Part shown: piece after piece, positions 19,424 to 28,077 of the stretch
How the letters are laid out: each line of letters begins with the position of its first letter
Position numbering within the stretch: position 1 is the first letter of the stretch
Virus record (IMG/VR): IMGVR_UViG_3300020045_001670
Coordinates: 1 to 37,370 of that record
Length of the DNA: 37,370 bases
Direction: 5' to 3' (one strand)
From: a virus
Taxonomy: Duplodnaviria > Caudoviricetes
Made by a program: the position numbers and the translations under genes
Notes under the pieces: model-generated
What the model saw: only the letters and a program-made list of their open reading frames with translations
Told to the model about the DNA's origin: nothing
The model's database searches: none

Positions 19424-19495
19424 AGCAACCCAATCAAAATAATCACAACAAACACGCCGACAATCGCCAGCGCGTCACGGATTCGGCCAGCTAGC

Positions 19496-19963
19496 TTATC
19501 CATTAACTCGTTCTTCGTAACGACGAACCGGTGTGTATGGAAATTCAATCGGCTGAGCACTATCACGCGAAGTGAAATATGTCTTAAATCTTTCACCATC
19601 CTCTGCTGTGTACCACTCCCAAAAAATCACTGCATCGCTGTCGTAGGGCTTTCCGTCAAACCGGCGTTTATCTTTAAAAACGTGGCTGCAACGGTTGTTT
19701 TGATAAACACCTTCGCCAACTTCATTCCATTCGGAATCGTCACCGGATAGCGGAACAACAGGCTCAAACTTCGCCAACTTTGAAAACAAGTCAATCGCAT
19801 ACGGTGCGCTGCTACCGCTGTGACCCTCATCCGAAAACACGTCCAGCAAAGCCATCACATGCTCACAAATGGCTTTTTGCATTTCGTCTTTGAATGTTCC
19901 GTCTTCATTCAACCAACCGGCTGCACGGAATTCGCGCTCTGCATGTTTCTCGTAATTGTTCAT
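19496..19963 (-). CDS. Hypothetical protein
   Basis: Coupled ORF in the leftward operon; F..EGHSGSSA motif. Confidence 0.6.
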   Translation of the reverse strand: MNNYEKHAEREFRAAGWLNEDGTFKDEMQKAICEHVMALLDVFSDEGHSGSSAPYAIDLFSKLAKFEPVVPLSGDDSEWNEVGEGVYQNNRCSHVFKDKRRFDGKPYDSDAVIFWEWYTAEDGERFKTYFTSRDSAQPIEFPYTPVRRYEERVNG

Positions 19964-20175
19964 TATTTCCCCGCAATCAAAACCAAGGCCAACAAGATGC
20001 CAGCGATAAAACTAGCCCTCATCACTATCAGATCGTGTTTGTGCATCTTCTAGCTCCTGAGCAAGTAAGAGAGCATCAAGAGCAATTGCCCGTAATGCCT
20101 CGATTGGTTTACCTTGAAGGACATTAGCTTTAACGTCCTCCAAGAAAGTGTATAGACGCTGGTATGTTGGTTCCA

Positions 20176-20190
20176 TAGGTGTTTACCCTT
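20176..20190 (-). promoter_or_regulatory. Variant palindromic promoter site (AAGGGTAAACACCTA) upstream of TACACT -10
   Basis: Same motif and spacing as the other six copies. Confidence 0.5.
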
Positions 20191-20192
20191 GC

Positions 20193-20507
20193 TTACCAAG
20201 GAATTTCACTGTCCATGTCATCGAACCCGCTGCCCTGAGTGCCGCGAGGTGCAGGCGCTTGGCGGCTAGGTGCTGGCCGTGCTGGTGCCTGTTGCGGTAC
20301 GCTTGCGGGTTGCTCTTTTGGCGTATAGCTGGTGCTGAGATACGTCTTGCCGTTCTTGTCTTTTTTCTTCCAAGCACTCAGCCAGTACTCAACGCCATTG
20401 ATGACCGCAGAGCCTTTGAAGTCTGGATGCGTGTCTTTTTCTTTCTTGTCGTTGGTGAACAGTGCGCCGCTGTTGTCTTTGGGGGTATATGGGGTATCGT
20501 AGCTCAT
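20193..20507 (-). CDS. Single-stranded DNA-binding protein-like
   Basis: NSGALF.N..K....HPDFKG....NGVEYWLSAW core, Pro/Ala linker, acidic tail FDDMDSEIPW. Confidence 0.7.
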   Translation of the reverse strand: MSYDTPYTPKDNSGALFTNDKKEKDTHPDFKGSAVINGVEYWLSAWKKKDKNGKTYLSTSYTPKEQPASVPQQAPARPAPSRQAPAPRGTQGSGFDDMDSEIPW

Positions 20508-20517
20508 GGTTTGCCTT

Positions 20518-21021
20518 TCATTTAATACGCAGTCGCGTGGTTTGGGTGAGTCGTGCGCCGGTTACTTCTTCACCGGCTTTCAGTGCTTTCAAAATCTTCA
20601 CCTTGTCAGGTTGTGGCGGTGGTGTCTCAGGTTGCCGCATGTAGTCTGCTGGAATGCTCATTGCATCGTACATTTCCACCGCTGGCGGGTTTTTGACAAT
20701 GGTTAGATCGCACAGTGGACAAGAAATTTTCTCAATCCCCATGCGCTGCATATTGTCGTAGATGTACTTACGCACATTCGATGCAATCTTTGTCCGGTGT
20801 TCCTTGAGCGCTTTTAGCCGCTCAATCTCTGCATCAATTGTGTCATTGTGAGCCTCAGAGCTACGGGCGACATATTCCAAGGCTTGCGCCTTTGCTGACA
20901 GATCGTCAGTAATGCCGCTGGCCTCGATAGTGTCCGCCACTGTCTCCGCATCAAAATCACCGTTAGCAAGCGTATTGGCAAGCTCTAGATACTGATTGGC
21001 AAGGTTGTAAAGAGCAGTCAT
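20518..21021 (-). CDS. Siphovirus Gp157-like protein
   Basis: LY.LA..Y..L, I.AEIERLK, IP.DYM...P.PDK..I..ALKAGEEV.GARL. Confidence 0.8.
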   Translation of the reverse strand: MTALYNLANQYLELANTLANGDFDAETVADTIEASGITDDLSAKAQALEYVARSSEAHNDTIDAEIERLKALKEHRTKIASNVRKYIYDNMQRMGIEKISCPLCDLTIVKNPPAVEMYDAMSIPADYMRQPETPPPQPDKVKILKALKAGEEVTGARLTQTTRLRIK

Positions 21022-21668
21022 GCTGGCCATACCTCTGTAAGTTTGTCTTGTGTCTCTGCGTCAAGCAAAGCCCAAATTGCATTCAATGCTTTTTCATTGA
21101 GCTTTGACAGCGATATGGCTTCGTCTTTTGCGTTGCCTCCTTTTACATGCGCAATGATGTTGATTGCTTTTTCTTGCAATTCTTGTGATTTTGCGTCTTT
21201 CTTTTGCGGCGGTTCATATTGCTCACGCGCCCAATCAACATACTTTGAATCATTCCAAAGTCCACTGAAAATGTCACCAGCAAAGCCAATCATTGATAGA
21301 CATTTCACCATGCCATCTGTTACCGATTTTTTACCCGCGTCCTCATCAACCATCAATACGCCTTTGCTTGTCATGTAAGCTGCTTTTGTGCCGCCCATTT
21401 GGTCAAAGGTTTCAGAGCGTACGCCATCATGCACATACCAGACAGAAACCACAGCAACGTGCAAAACGTCTGTATCGCTCATGCGCTCAAAACGCTCAGA
21501 CTTCACCACAACACCCCAGCCGATACCAATAGGGCCAAATACGTCTGTAGCGCGTTCAATCAACCAGTAAGGGTTAGGGCTGTCTCCCTTGTAGCTTTTG
21601 CCTGTAATTGGCTTTACTGCACTTGGGTCTGTAACCTTGACGCTATCCCATAATGCTTTATTAGTCAT
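21018..21668 (-). CDS. Rad52/Sak-like single-strand annealing recombinase
   Basis: NPYWLIERATDVFGPIGIGWG, DEDAGKKSVTDG..KCLS.IGFAGDIF; clustered with SSB-like and Gp157-like genes. Confidence 0.7.
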   Translation of the reverse strand: MTNKALWDSVKVTDPSAVKPITGKSYKGDSPNPYWLIERATDVFGPIGIGWGVVVKSERFERMSDTDVLHVAVVSVWYVHDGVRSETFDQMGGTKAAYMTSKGVLMVDEDAGKKSVTDGMVKCLSMIGFAGDIFSGLWNDSKYVDWAREQYEPPQKKDAKSQELQEKAINIIAHVKGGNAKDEAISLSKLNEKALNAIWALLDAETQDKLTEVWPA

Positions 21669-21750
21669 TTCCACACCTTGTAAGCACGTTTCAGAGAGTT
21701 AAGCACCGTGAAACCGGCGCGGCGGTAGATCAGATACTGGCGGATGTATT

Positions 21751-21963
21751 TCATTTTGTAATTCCCCTCCATTGAGTCAAAAGACGCGCAGGCAAAACAC
21801 AAAGTGACCTAGGCATCTCACAAGCAAAGTTGCCGTAATGCCAGTTTTCACCATCAAACAAATTGAAAAACATAGTGCCATCCGGCTCCATTGTTTGATA
21901 AACACCTTTGCGCACCGGCTTAATGTTTGCGGGATACCAATTAGTCAGTTTTTGATCTTTCAT
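21751..21963 (-). CDS. Hypothetical protein
   Basis: LTNWYPANIKPVRKGVYQ...WRG motif; ATGA coupling. Confidence 0.55.
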   Translation of the reverse strand: MKDQKLTNWYPANIKPVRKGVYQTMEPDGTMFFNLFDGENWHYGNFACEMPRSLCVLPARLLTQWRGITK

Positions 21964-22253
21964 TTTGATTCCTCCGTAAAAACTTCCAGCTCTTCCAAGT
22001 TCTGCGCCACAAAGCAAGCCTTTACCGTTTGAATGTAAGCTTTCACCAGTGGGCACTCACTTTTTTCCAGCATCGCCACAAATGCAGCATGTGCGGTTGT
22101 TTCGTTACCGTAGTCCTCAAACACTTCTTTGATTTCGTATTTGCCCAACGCGCCGCCGATGTTTTTGCGGTAGCTGATGTAAGGCAGGCTCAAGGAAGAA
22201 AACGGCACTTTGCCGATTGCTGCAAAGGTTTTGTTGATGGTGTCTAGGTGCAT
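21960..22253 (-). CDS. Hypothetical protein
   Basis: First gene after the promoter at 22312; GGAG RBS. Confidence 0.6.
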   Translation of the reverse strand: MHLDTINKTFAAIGKVPFSSLSLPYISYRKNIGGALGKYEIKEVFEDYGNETTAHAAFVAMLEKSECPLVKAYIQTVKACFVAQNLEELEVFTEESK

Positions 22254-22311
22254 TTATCGCTCCGGTTTGTTGATGTGGTGAATTGTCTAGCAGAAATTTG
22301 ATGCTGTGTAT

Positions 22312-22325
22312 TAGGGGAAACCCTA
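22312..22325 (-). promoter_or_regulatory. Palindromic promoter site TAGGG-N4-CCCTA
   Basis: On the minus strand it is followed 22 nt after CCTAAT by GACAAT (-10). Confidence 0.65.
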
Positions 22326-22335
22326 GGTTGCGATT

Positions 22336-22360
22336 GAAAAAGGCCCCGTGTGGAGCCTTT
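22336..22360 (-). terminator. Rho-independent terminator
   Basis: Minus strand AAAGGCTCC-ACAC-GGGGCC-TTTTT downstream of the Gly-rich ORF. Confidence 0.55.
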
Positions 22361-22387
22361 GGTTTGTCACCCATACAAAGATGACGA

Positions 22388-22669
22388 TTAGCCGGAGCCG
22401 GAGCCGTCGCCGGAGCCGTAGCCGTAGCCGTAGCCTGAGCCGGAGCCGTAGCCGTAGCCGTAGCCGTAGCCGGAGCCGGAGCCTGAGCCGGAGCCGTAGC
22501 CGTAGCCTGAGCCGTAGCCGTAGCCGGAGCCGTAGCCTGAGCCGTAGCCTGAGCCGTAGCCGTAGCCTGAGCCGTAGCCGTAGCCGTAGCCTGAGCCTGA
22601 GCCGGAGCCGGAGCCGTCTCCGTCTCCGTCGCCGGAGCCGTATCCATCTCTAAATACATTTTTAGGCAT
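22388..22669 (-). CDS. Gly-X (X=Y/S/D) dipeptide-repeat protein
   Basis: About 40 tandem hexamers GGC-TAC/TCC/TCA/GAC or GGA-GAC; coupled to the upstream gene. Confidence 0.6.
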   Translation of the reverse strand: MPKNVFRDGYGSGDGDGDGSGSGSGSGYGYGYGSGYGYGSGYGSGYGSGYGYGSGYGYGSGSGSGSGYGYGYGYGSGSGYGYGYGSGDGSGSG

Positions 22670-23021
22670 TGATTGACTCCTTTGCTTTGTTTGTGCAAGG
22701 AATCAACTCGCAAACGCCAGTCAAATAAATGATTGGATTATTTACGTCTATCTTGCACTCGGATTTAATCCCGTACTGAGCAACACCCGACAGTGCAATG
22801 CCATCTTGCGCCTTCCAAGACCACAAGCGCCGAGAGTTTTTCAGCACTACGTTTTCTCCGTCAACACTAACCACCTCACCGGCATGGACTCCAGCAGAAT
22901 AGCATCGTGCGATGCAGTATTCGCCAACCACCGGATTGGCTGGTTTTGCTGTAGATTGCTGGCCTGCGAACATGGCCGCGATTTGTTTCAGTTCGCCAAA
23001 AGTCAAATTATCAATGCTCAC
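22662..23021 (-). CDS. DUF6948-like small beta protein
   Basis: CIARCYSAGVHAG...V.LKNSRRLWSW..LSGVA..GI; GTG start after AAGGAG. Confidence 0.6.
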   Translation of the reverse strand: MSIDNLTFGELKQIAAMFAGQQSTAKPANPVVGEYCIARCYSAGVHAGEVVSVDGENVVLKNSRRLWSWKAQDGIALSGVAQYGIKSECKIDVNNPIIYLTGVCELIPCTNKAKESINA

Positions 23022-23027
23022 TTTTCT

Positions 23028-23144
23028 CTCCTTGGTTAAAGAAACTTCATTGTCTAGCACAAATCACATCCTGAACATAGGTACAAACCCTAGGTTGCAA
23101 GACCGCCGAACTGTGCAATGATTCAGCCTTCTTTAACCACGGAG
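23028..23144. promoter_or_regulatory. Divergent early promoter region with central palindrome (23078-23092)
   Basis: Strand switch point; rightward TTGCAA-N16-AATGAT, leftward GACAAT -10; flanked by a 15/16 inverted repeat TTCTTTAACCA(A/C)GGAG. Confidence 0.65.
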
Positions 23145-23149
23145 TCACT

Positions 23150-23482
23150 ATGAAACTCAATGAACGTCTGCGCCGAATGCTCACTTCTATCGCACAAGCA
23201 CCCCGCCGCCCTATGCACTTCACCTCTGGTGCGTACAACTCGCCCTTGCATCCTGATGTGCTGTCTAACTGGCTCACTCAGTTGGTAGAAGCTGGCTACT
23301 GTTTTGAGGCCGAGGGCGCATACCACATTACTGTTATGGGCCGACAAGCACTCGACCAGAACAACACAGCGGGGATTCGTCATTACGTTGTGGGCAAAGG
23401 CACTTACAAGGGCGAGACTGACCAATACTACCGCCCCGGCTCTGACCACAGCCATATCAAAAGTCGCGGAGTACAGTGCTAA
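23150..23482 (+). CDS. Putative winged-helix DNA-binding protein
   Basis: L..LVEAGY......YHITVMGRQAL wing motif; first rightward gene. Confidence 0.55.
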   Translation: MKLNERLRRMLTSIAQAPRRPMHFTSGAYNSPLHPDVLSNWLTQLVEAGYCFEAEGAYHITVMGRQALDQNNTAGIRHYVVGKGTYKGETDQYYRPGSDHSHIKSRGVQC

Positions 23483-24160
23483 ATGGAACCCGTAGTTATT
23501 GGAAACGCCAAACTTTACCTTGGCGACTGCATGGAAGTGCTGCCAACGCTGCCAAAGGTGGACGCGGTGATTACTGACCCGCCTTATGGGATTGGTCAAG
23601 ACGGTGGGGCGCAACGCACTCGCGGCAAGAAGTACACCAATGGCGAAAAACTTGGATGGGACAACTGCAGACCCGAGAAGCTAATTTTTGACAGCTTAGA
23701 AGCTGCAGGCGATGTTCGCATCTATTGGGGCGGCAATTATTTTGCTGACTACCTTCCCGCAACTATGGGTTGGCTCTATTGGGAAAAGCGCATGGGTGGC
23801 GACTTTGCAGACGGTGAACTTGCATGGACTAGCCAGCACCGCGCACTCCGTCAATTCAGCCACTTCAAGAAAAACAAGGGCGATGAACACCCAACGCAAA
23901 AACCCGTTGAATTGATGCGCTGGTGCATTGAGATATGCAAAAACGCGCCACAAACCATCCTAGACCCCTTCATGGGCAGCGGTACTACAGGAGTAGCCGC
24001 AATCCAGCTAGGCCGATCCTTCATCGGCATTGAGCGCGAGCCTAAATATTTTGACATCGCCTGCAAGCGCATAGAGCAAGCAGTCGCTCAGGGGCAGCTA
24101 TTTGCACCCGAGCCACCCAAGCAAGAGCAGGAATCATTGTTTAACAAGGAGCAATCATGA
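23483..24160 (+). CDS. DNA N6-adenine/N4-cytosine methyltransferase (beta class)
   Basis: LYLGDC, ITDPPY, HPTQKP, ILDPFMGSGTTG, FIGIE. Confidence 0.92.
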   Translation: MEPVVIGNAKLYLGDCMEVLPTLPKVDAVITDPPYGIGQDGGAQRTRGKKYTNGEKLGWDNCRPEKLIFDSLEAAGDVRIYWGGNYFADYLPATMGWLYWEKRMGGDFADGELAWTSQHRALRQFSHFKKNKGDEHPTQKPVELMRWCIEICKNAPQTILDPFMGSGTTGVAAIQLGRSFIGIEREPKYFDIACKRIEQAVAQGQLFAPEPPKQEQESLFNKEQS

Positions 24161-24465
24161 GCTACGCACAAACAGAACTGAAAGTAATTACTTGGGGCGA
24201 GGCTAGGGGCATCGTCCAAAACTCCAACAACATGGCGCAGGCCATTAAAACGCTGGAGGAAGTGACAGAGCTACTAGAAGCCATCCACAAAGGCGACAGA
24301 GCCGCTCAGATTGACGCATACGGCGATATTCTGGTTACTCTGATTATCGGGTGCGCTACGGCTGATCTTGACCTTGTAACCTGCCTAGACGCTGCCTATG
24401 AGCAGATCAAAGACCGCAAGGGTTATCTTGATGCGCAAGGTGTTTTTCATAAGGTGACAGCATGA
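24157..24465 (+). CDS. MazG-like nucleotide pyrophosphohydrolase
   Basis: K.LEEVTEL..AI......IDAYGD..VTL...CL..AY..IKDRKG. Confidence 0.8.
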   Translation: MSYAQTELKVITWGEARGIVQNSNNMAQAIKTLEEVTELLEAIHKGDRAAQIDAYGDILVTLIIGCATADLDLVTCLDAAYEQIKDRKGYLDAQGVFHKVTA

Positions 24466-24601
24466 AAAATTCAACCTTTTGGGCTACTGCGATTATTGCT
24501 GGTGTCATATCTGGATTTATAGGCCGTGCTTATGGTGACATTGGCATGGTGTTTTCTGTTGCTGCATTCACACTCATCTACTTTTTATGGAGCATGAAGA
24601 A

Positions 24602-24811
24602 ATGAAAACCACCCAAGGCCGCAAACTGATTGCCCTGCTTAAAAAGCGCGGCATGTCCACCCTTGAGCTACAACATGCGGGGCTATCAACCTGCCCTTGG
24701 AAGCGCATAAGTGAACAACTTACATGGCGTGAGGAGCTAACCAAATCCAAGCGTTACCCCGATAACGGGCGCTGGTTTTATGTCTATCGGGTAGTGACTA
24801 AAAAGGCGTAA
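24602..24811 (+). CDS. Small HTH-like protein
   Basis: LIALLKKRGMSTLEL...RISE pattern. Confidence 0.45.
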   Translation: MKTTQGRKLIALLKKRGMSTLELQHAGLSTCPWKRISEQLTWREELTKSKRYPDNGRWFYVYRVVTKKA

Positions 24812-24935
24812 TCGGGTAAAATGTAGTCATCCCTTGGTCGGGATTTAGGTAGTAGGGTTTCACATGCACACTGGCGGGACTGCCCCGTTCGACCAACTTC
24901 CGAAAGGATGAGTGTGCAGGTGAAGCCCTTTTTTT
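24794..24935 (+). promoter_or_regulatory. Promoter plus structured leader/attenuator upstream of the HNH-replication genes
   Basis: GTGACT-N17-TAAAAT; long stem AGGGTTTCAC.TGCACACT / AGTGTGCA.GTGAAGCCCT followed by a T-tract; TTGGTCG/CGACCAA complementarity. Confidence 0.55.
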
Positions 24936-24946
24936 ATTGGGTTTTT

Positions 24947-25420
24947 ATGTCTTCAAAAGCAACTCCTTCATTACTTTTTTTGCTTGAAAAATTTACCTAT
25001 TGCGAAAAAACTGGTATTTTGAAATACAGAAAAAATTCTGGCCGTTTTTCTGCTGGTGACATTGCTGGATACACAAACCATAGGGGTTATAGAAAGGTTT
25101 GTGTGAATGGCTCACATTTTTTTATTCACAGAATTGTTTGGAAAATGGTTTATGGAGTTGATCCCAATGGCGAGATTGACCATATAAATAGAGACAAAAC
25201 TGATAACAGAATTTCAAATTTGCGAGATGTGACCTCGGAAGAGAACCAAAAAAATAGAAAGTTTTCATCAGAGTCTGGAGTTTCTGGTGTTTACTTCAAC
25301 AAACCAAGAAATAGATGGCAAGCAAGAATCCAGCTTCATCTTGGTTTTTTTAAAACTATTGAAGGTGCATCAGAAGCAAGAGAAAAAGCCTTGTCTGTGA
25401 TTAAAGGTGTTGGGCTTTAA
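24947..25420 (+). CDS. HNH homing endonuclease with AP2-like tail
   Basis: HRIVW...G..P.GEIDHINRDKTDNRISNLR; SGVSGVYF...RWQARI..HLGFF.TIE.A..AR; AT-rich. Confidence 0.88.
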   Translation: MSSKATPSLLFLLEKFTYCEKTGILKYRKNSGRFSAGDIAGYTNHRGYRKVCVNGSHFFIHRIVWKMVYGVDPNGEIDHINRDKTDNRISNLRDVTSEENQKNRKFSSESGVSGVYFNKPRNRWQARIQLHLGFFKTIEGASEAREKALSVIKGVGL

Positions 25421-26149
25421 ATGCACTACTACCAATTCAATATTGGTGACTACAAAAGTCACACAGAGCATCTTTCTGAAATGGAAGATTTGGCCTATCG
25501 ACGTTTGCTCGATTGGTACTACCTACACGAAACCCCTATCCCGCTAGACATTGGCGAAACATCACGCCAGATTCGCATGCGTTCGCATACCGATTGCATT
25601 GCGACCGTACTGCAAGAGTATTTCATTCGCACTGGAGACGGATGGACACATGGTCGAGCAGACAAGGAAATAGCCAAAACAGGCGAGAAGTCTGCCAAAG
25701 CTGCCGAAAGTGCCAAAAAGCGATGGGATAAGGAAGCGAAGGCAATGCGAACGCATAGCGAAGGCAATGCTACACATAACACATTACCCATAACACAAGA
25801 CACAGAACACAATTCTGTAGCTAAAGCTACAGGCGCAAAAGCGCCGCTTACTCCCGATGAGATTATTTTTGGTTACGGGGTTCCTTTGTTAACCAATGCT
25901 GGAACACCTGACAAACAGGCTAGATCGTTCCTAGGTGGACTTCGCAAGTCTCACGGGGACGATGCACTGGTAAACGCTCTGCGGGATTGTGTGAAGGCCA
26001 AGCCGTTGCAGCCTTTGGAGTGGCTGGCAAAAGCACTACCGCCATTAGGTGCGCCATCAAGGAAAAACAAGCAAGAGTTGCTAGAGGACAAAGGACGTTC
26101 AATTGCTGCTGAATGGGCAGCTCAAGGAGATGTTTATGAAGCCAAGTGA
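25421..26149 (+). CDS. Replication initiator, YdaU/DUF1376 family
   Basis: MHYYQFNIGDY...T.HLS..EDLAYRRLLDWYY. Confidence 0.8.
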   Translation: MHYYQFNIGDYKSHTEHLSEMEDLAYRRLLDWYYLHETPIPLDIGETSRQIRMRSHTDCIATVLQEYFIRTGDGWTHGRADKEIAKTGEKSAKAAESAKKRWDKEAKAMRTHSEGNATHNTLPITQDTEHNSVAKATGAKAPLTPDEIIFGYGVPLLTNAGTPDKQARSFLGGLRKSHGDDALVNALRDCVKAKPLQPLEWLAKALPPLGAPSRKNKQELLEDKGRSIAAEWAAQGDVYEAK

Positions 26150-26810
26150 TAAAGCGCAATTTAGTCAACTGCTGGCCGATGTGATGGCCTATTACACAAA
26201 AGACCTTAGCCGGTTTACTTTAGATTTGTGGTGGGATGCTTGCAAGTCTTTTGATTTTGAGCAGATTGCCAAAGCTATGAACCAGCATGCTAAAGACGCC
26301 GAGCGTGGGGTTTATGCGCCAAAGGTTGCGGACATTGTTAGACAGCTTGAAGGCACTTCAACAGATCGCGCTGGCATTGCATGGGGAAAGGTGCTAGGGG
26401 CAATCAGTGCGGTAGGGGCTTATCAAGATGTTGTTTTTGATGACCCTGCTATCCATGCCGCGATTGTGGATTGTGGAGGATGGACAAAGGTTTGCCGTGG
26501 TGAAGTTGCGGAGTTGAGCTATTTGCAGCACCGATTCTGCCAAGCCCATAAGACCTACACGGAACGCCGCGAGTTTGAATACCCAAAGCGCCTAGGCGGT
26601 GATCGCTCCCCAGACTCCGAGTATCTGAAATATGGGCGACCATTGCCACGGCCTGCACTGGTTGGCGACATTGAGAAAGCAAAGCGCGTATTGATGGAAG
26701 GCGGTGAAGGTGGGCCAAAGATCGCTTTTAACGTGTCCGAGCAGGCGCTAAAGCTGATTGATTCAAGGGTAAACCCCAATACCCAAAGCAGTACGTTAAA
26801 AGTACAGTGA
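26136..26810 (+). CDS. Replication accessory protein (DUF6475-like, loader position)
   Basis: PKVADIV...AWGKV..AI..VGAY..VVFDDP.IH....GGW; follows the YdaU-like gene. Confidence 0.65.
   Translation: MKPSDKAQFSQLLADVMAYYTKDLSRFTLDLWWDACKSFDFEQIAKAMNQHAKDAERGVYAPKVADIVRQLEGTSTDRAGIAWGKVLGAISAVGAYQDVVFDDPAIHAAIVDCGGWTKVCRGEVAELSYLQHRFCQAHKTYTERREFEYPKRLGGDRSPDSEYLKYGRPLPRPALVGDIEKAKRVLMEGGEGGPKIAFNVSEQALKLIDSRVNPNTQSSTLKVQ
26765..26778 (+). promoter_or_regulatory. Palindromic promoter site variant AAGGGTAAACCCCA
   Basis: 22 nt after CCCAAT to TACAGT (-10), then AGGAG RBS. Confidence 0.55.
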
Positions 26811-26898
26811 AGTTTTAGGAGTAAGAGATGACAACAAAAGAGTGCCCATATTGCGGCGCACCAAATAAATGGAAATGTTTTTGCAGGAGTAAATCTAA

Positions 26899-27180
26899 AT
26901 GAAAAATTTATTTTTGATACATAAAAATGTGATGAGCGGTCAATGCAAAAATGCTTTGTTTCGCATTCAAATTCGATACACCGCATTATTTTTATTTCCG
27001 GGATGGATTCCGGGGTGGGCTGGAAGTCAAATTGGTCTATTCACTCCACGCAAAACAAGTACGGGCTACAAATGCACGGGGTTTTATTTCCAACCTTGGC
27101 TTGCACCGGACATTGCGGTTATCCAATTGCCGAAATGGTATGTAAAAATGCTTCGGGCAATAAGTTTTCGGAGCGAGTAA
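26899..27180 (+). CDS. Hypothetical protein
   Basis: TAATG coupling to the next ORF. Confidence 0.4.
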   Translation: MKNLFLIHKNVMSGQCKNALFRIQIRYTALFLFPGWIPGWAGSQIGLFTPRKTSTGYKCTGFYFQPWLAPDIAVIQLPKWYVKMLRAISFRSE

Positions 27181-27434
27181 TGAAATATGACAAAACAGAA
27201 ATAAACAGTTTTGCGCAAAAGTTATACAACGAAAAAATGGCAGAGGGAAAGCACGGACACTATGAGACTATGTTTCATGTTATTCATAAATGCATTCAGA
27301 AGGTAAACGGTGAACCAGTGCAATCCGCATTTGATCGGCTAGAAGAATGCAAAGTGAAACCAGACGGAACATGCGATAAATGCAAAGGTTCCTGCATGTG
27401 GTTTGGCGCAAAAAGCATTTTTAATTCCAAATGA
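27180..27434 (+). CDS. Hypothetical protein
   Basis: Coupled at both ends; CxxC near C-terminus. Confidence 0.45.
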   Translation: MKYDKTEINSFAQKLYNEKMAEGKHGHYETMFHVIHKCIQKVNGEPVQSAFDRLEECKVKPDGTCDKCKGSCMWFGAKSIFNSK

Positions 27435-27625
27435 ACCACCCAGAAGCCCATAACCTACTAGACCAACGCAAAGCAGGCGCAGACCTACCCGCTCACGTAG
27501 TAAATCAAGCGCTATTCCTGACCGGCGACCTAAGCGAAAACGAACTAGCTAGGGTAAACCCTAATTCCCAAAATGACCAAGCTAACGATAATTGGCCTAT
27601 CCCTAGCGGTAATTGGACTGTTTAG
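27431..27625 (+). CDS. Hypothetical protein
   Basis: ATGA coupling; A..LLD..K.G......VNQAL.LTGDL motif. Confidence 0.5.
   Translation: MNHPEAHNLLDQRKAGADLPAHVVNQALFLTGDLSENELARVNPNSQNDQANDNWPIPSGNWTV
27550..27563 (+). promoter_or_regulatory. Palindromic promoter site TAGGGTAAACCCTA
   Basis: Perfect arms; GATAAT 21 nt after CCTAAT. Confidence 0.65.
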
Positions 27626-27648
27626 GCTTATAGGTAGACTTTTAGGAG

Positions 27649-28077
27649 GTGAGAATGTTACTGACTGATGATGAAGAATGGAAACTGTGGAACGCACAGG
27701 GCATTGATGAAATGAATCAGGTTGAGGCTATTGCGTTTGCCAGAGCCTACGCTGCCGCGATTCTTGCGAAGCTGGCTAGTGCGGAGTTGCCGGAGCCTGA
27801 AAAGATGCGATTGCTGGTTATCAGCTTAAACCACTCCTACGAAAACGTAGGGGAGCGATCTTTTACAGAAGCTGGTTTTTTATCGGCTGCGCAAGAAATC
27901 TACAAATTGGGCCAAGCACAAGCCTACGCACAGGGAGCAGCGGCACAGCTTGCACAGGAGCCGATGGGTTGGTTTGTAAAGGAGCATGGGGATGTTGTTG
28001 ATCTTGAGTGGAACTCCTTGAAGCCGACCTACGAGGGCTACTGGATTCCCCTATTCACCCTCAAGGAGCCTAAATGA
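27649..28077 (+). CDS. Hypothetical protein
   Basis: AGGAGG RBS, coupled ORF. Confidence 0.55.
   Translation: MRMLLTDDEEWKLWNAQGIDEMNQVEAIAFARAYAAAILAKLASAELPEPEKMRLLVISLNHSYENVGERSFTEAGFLSAAQEIYKLGQAQAYAQGAAAQLAQEPMGWFVKEHGDVVDLEWNSLKPTYEGYWIPLFTLKEPK

Noticed and set aside
22062-22077. TTTTTCCAGCATCGCC is complementary to the flanks of the terL insert (possible guide or splint)
   Set aside because: It lies within an ordinary coding region (AMLEK on the minus strand) and corresponds to a 5-nt rather than 6-nt deletion; probably chance
22117-22713. Alternative-frame ORFs over the hexamer repeat (Ala-Thr and Ser-Arg repeats), and a CRISPR interpretation
   Set aside because: Open frames are a by-product of the stop-free hexamers; only the Gly frame has a coupled start and RBS; there is no repeat-spacer structure
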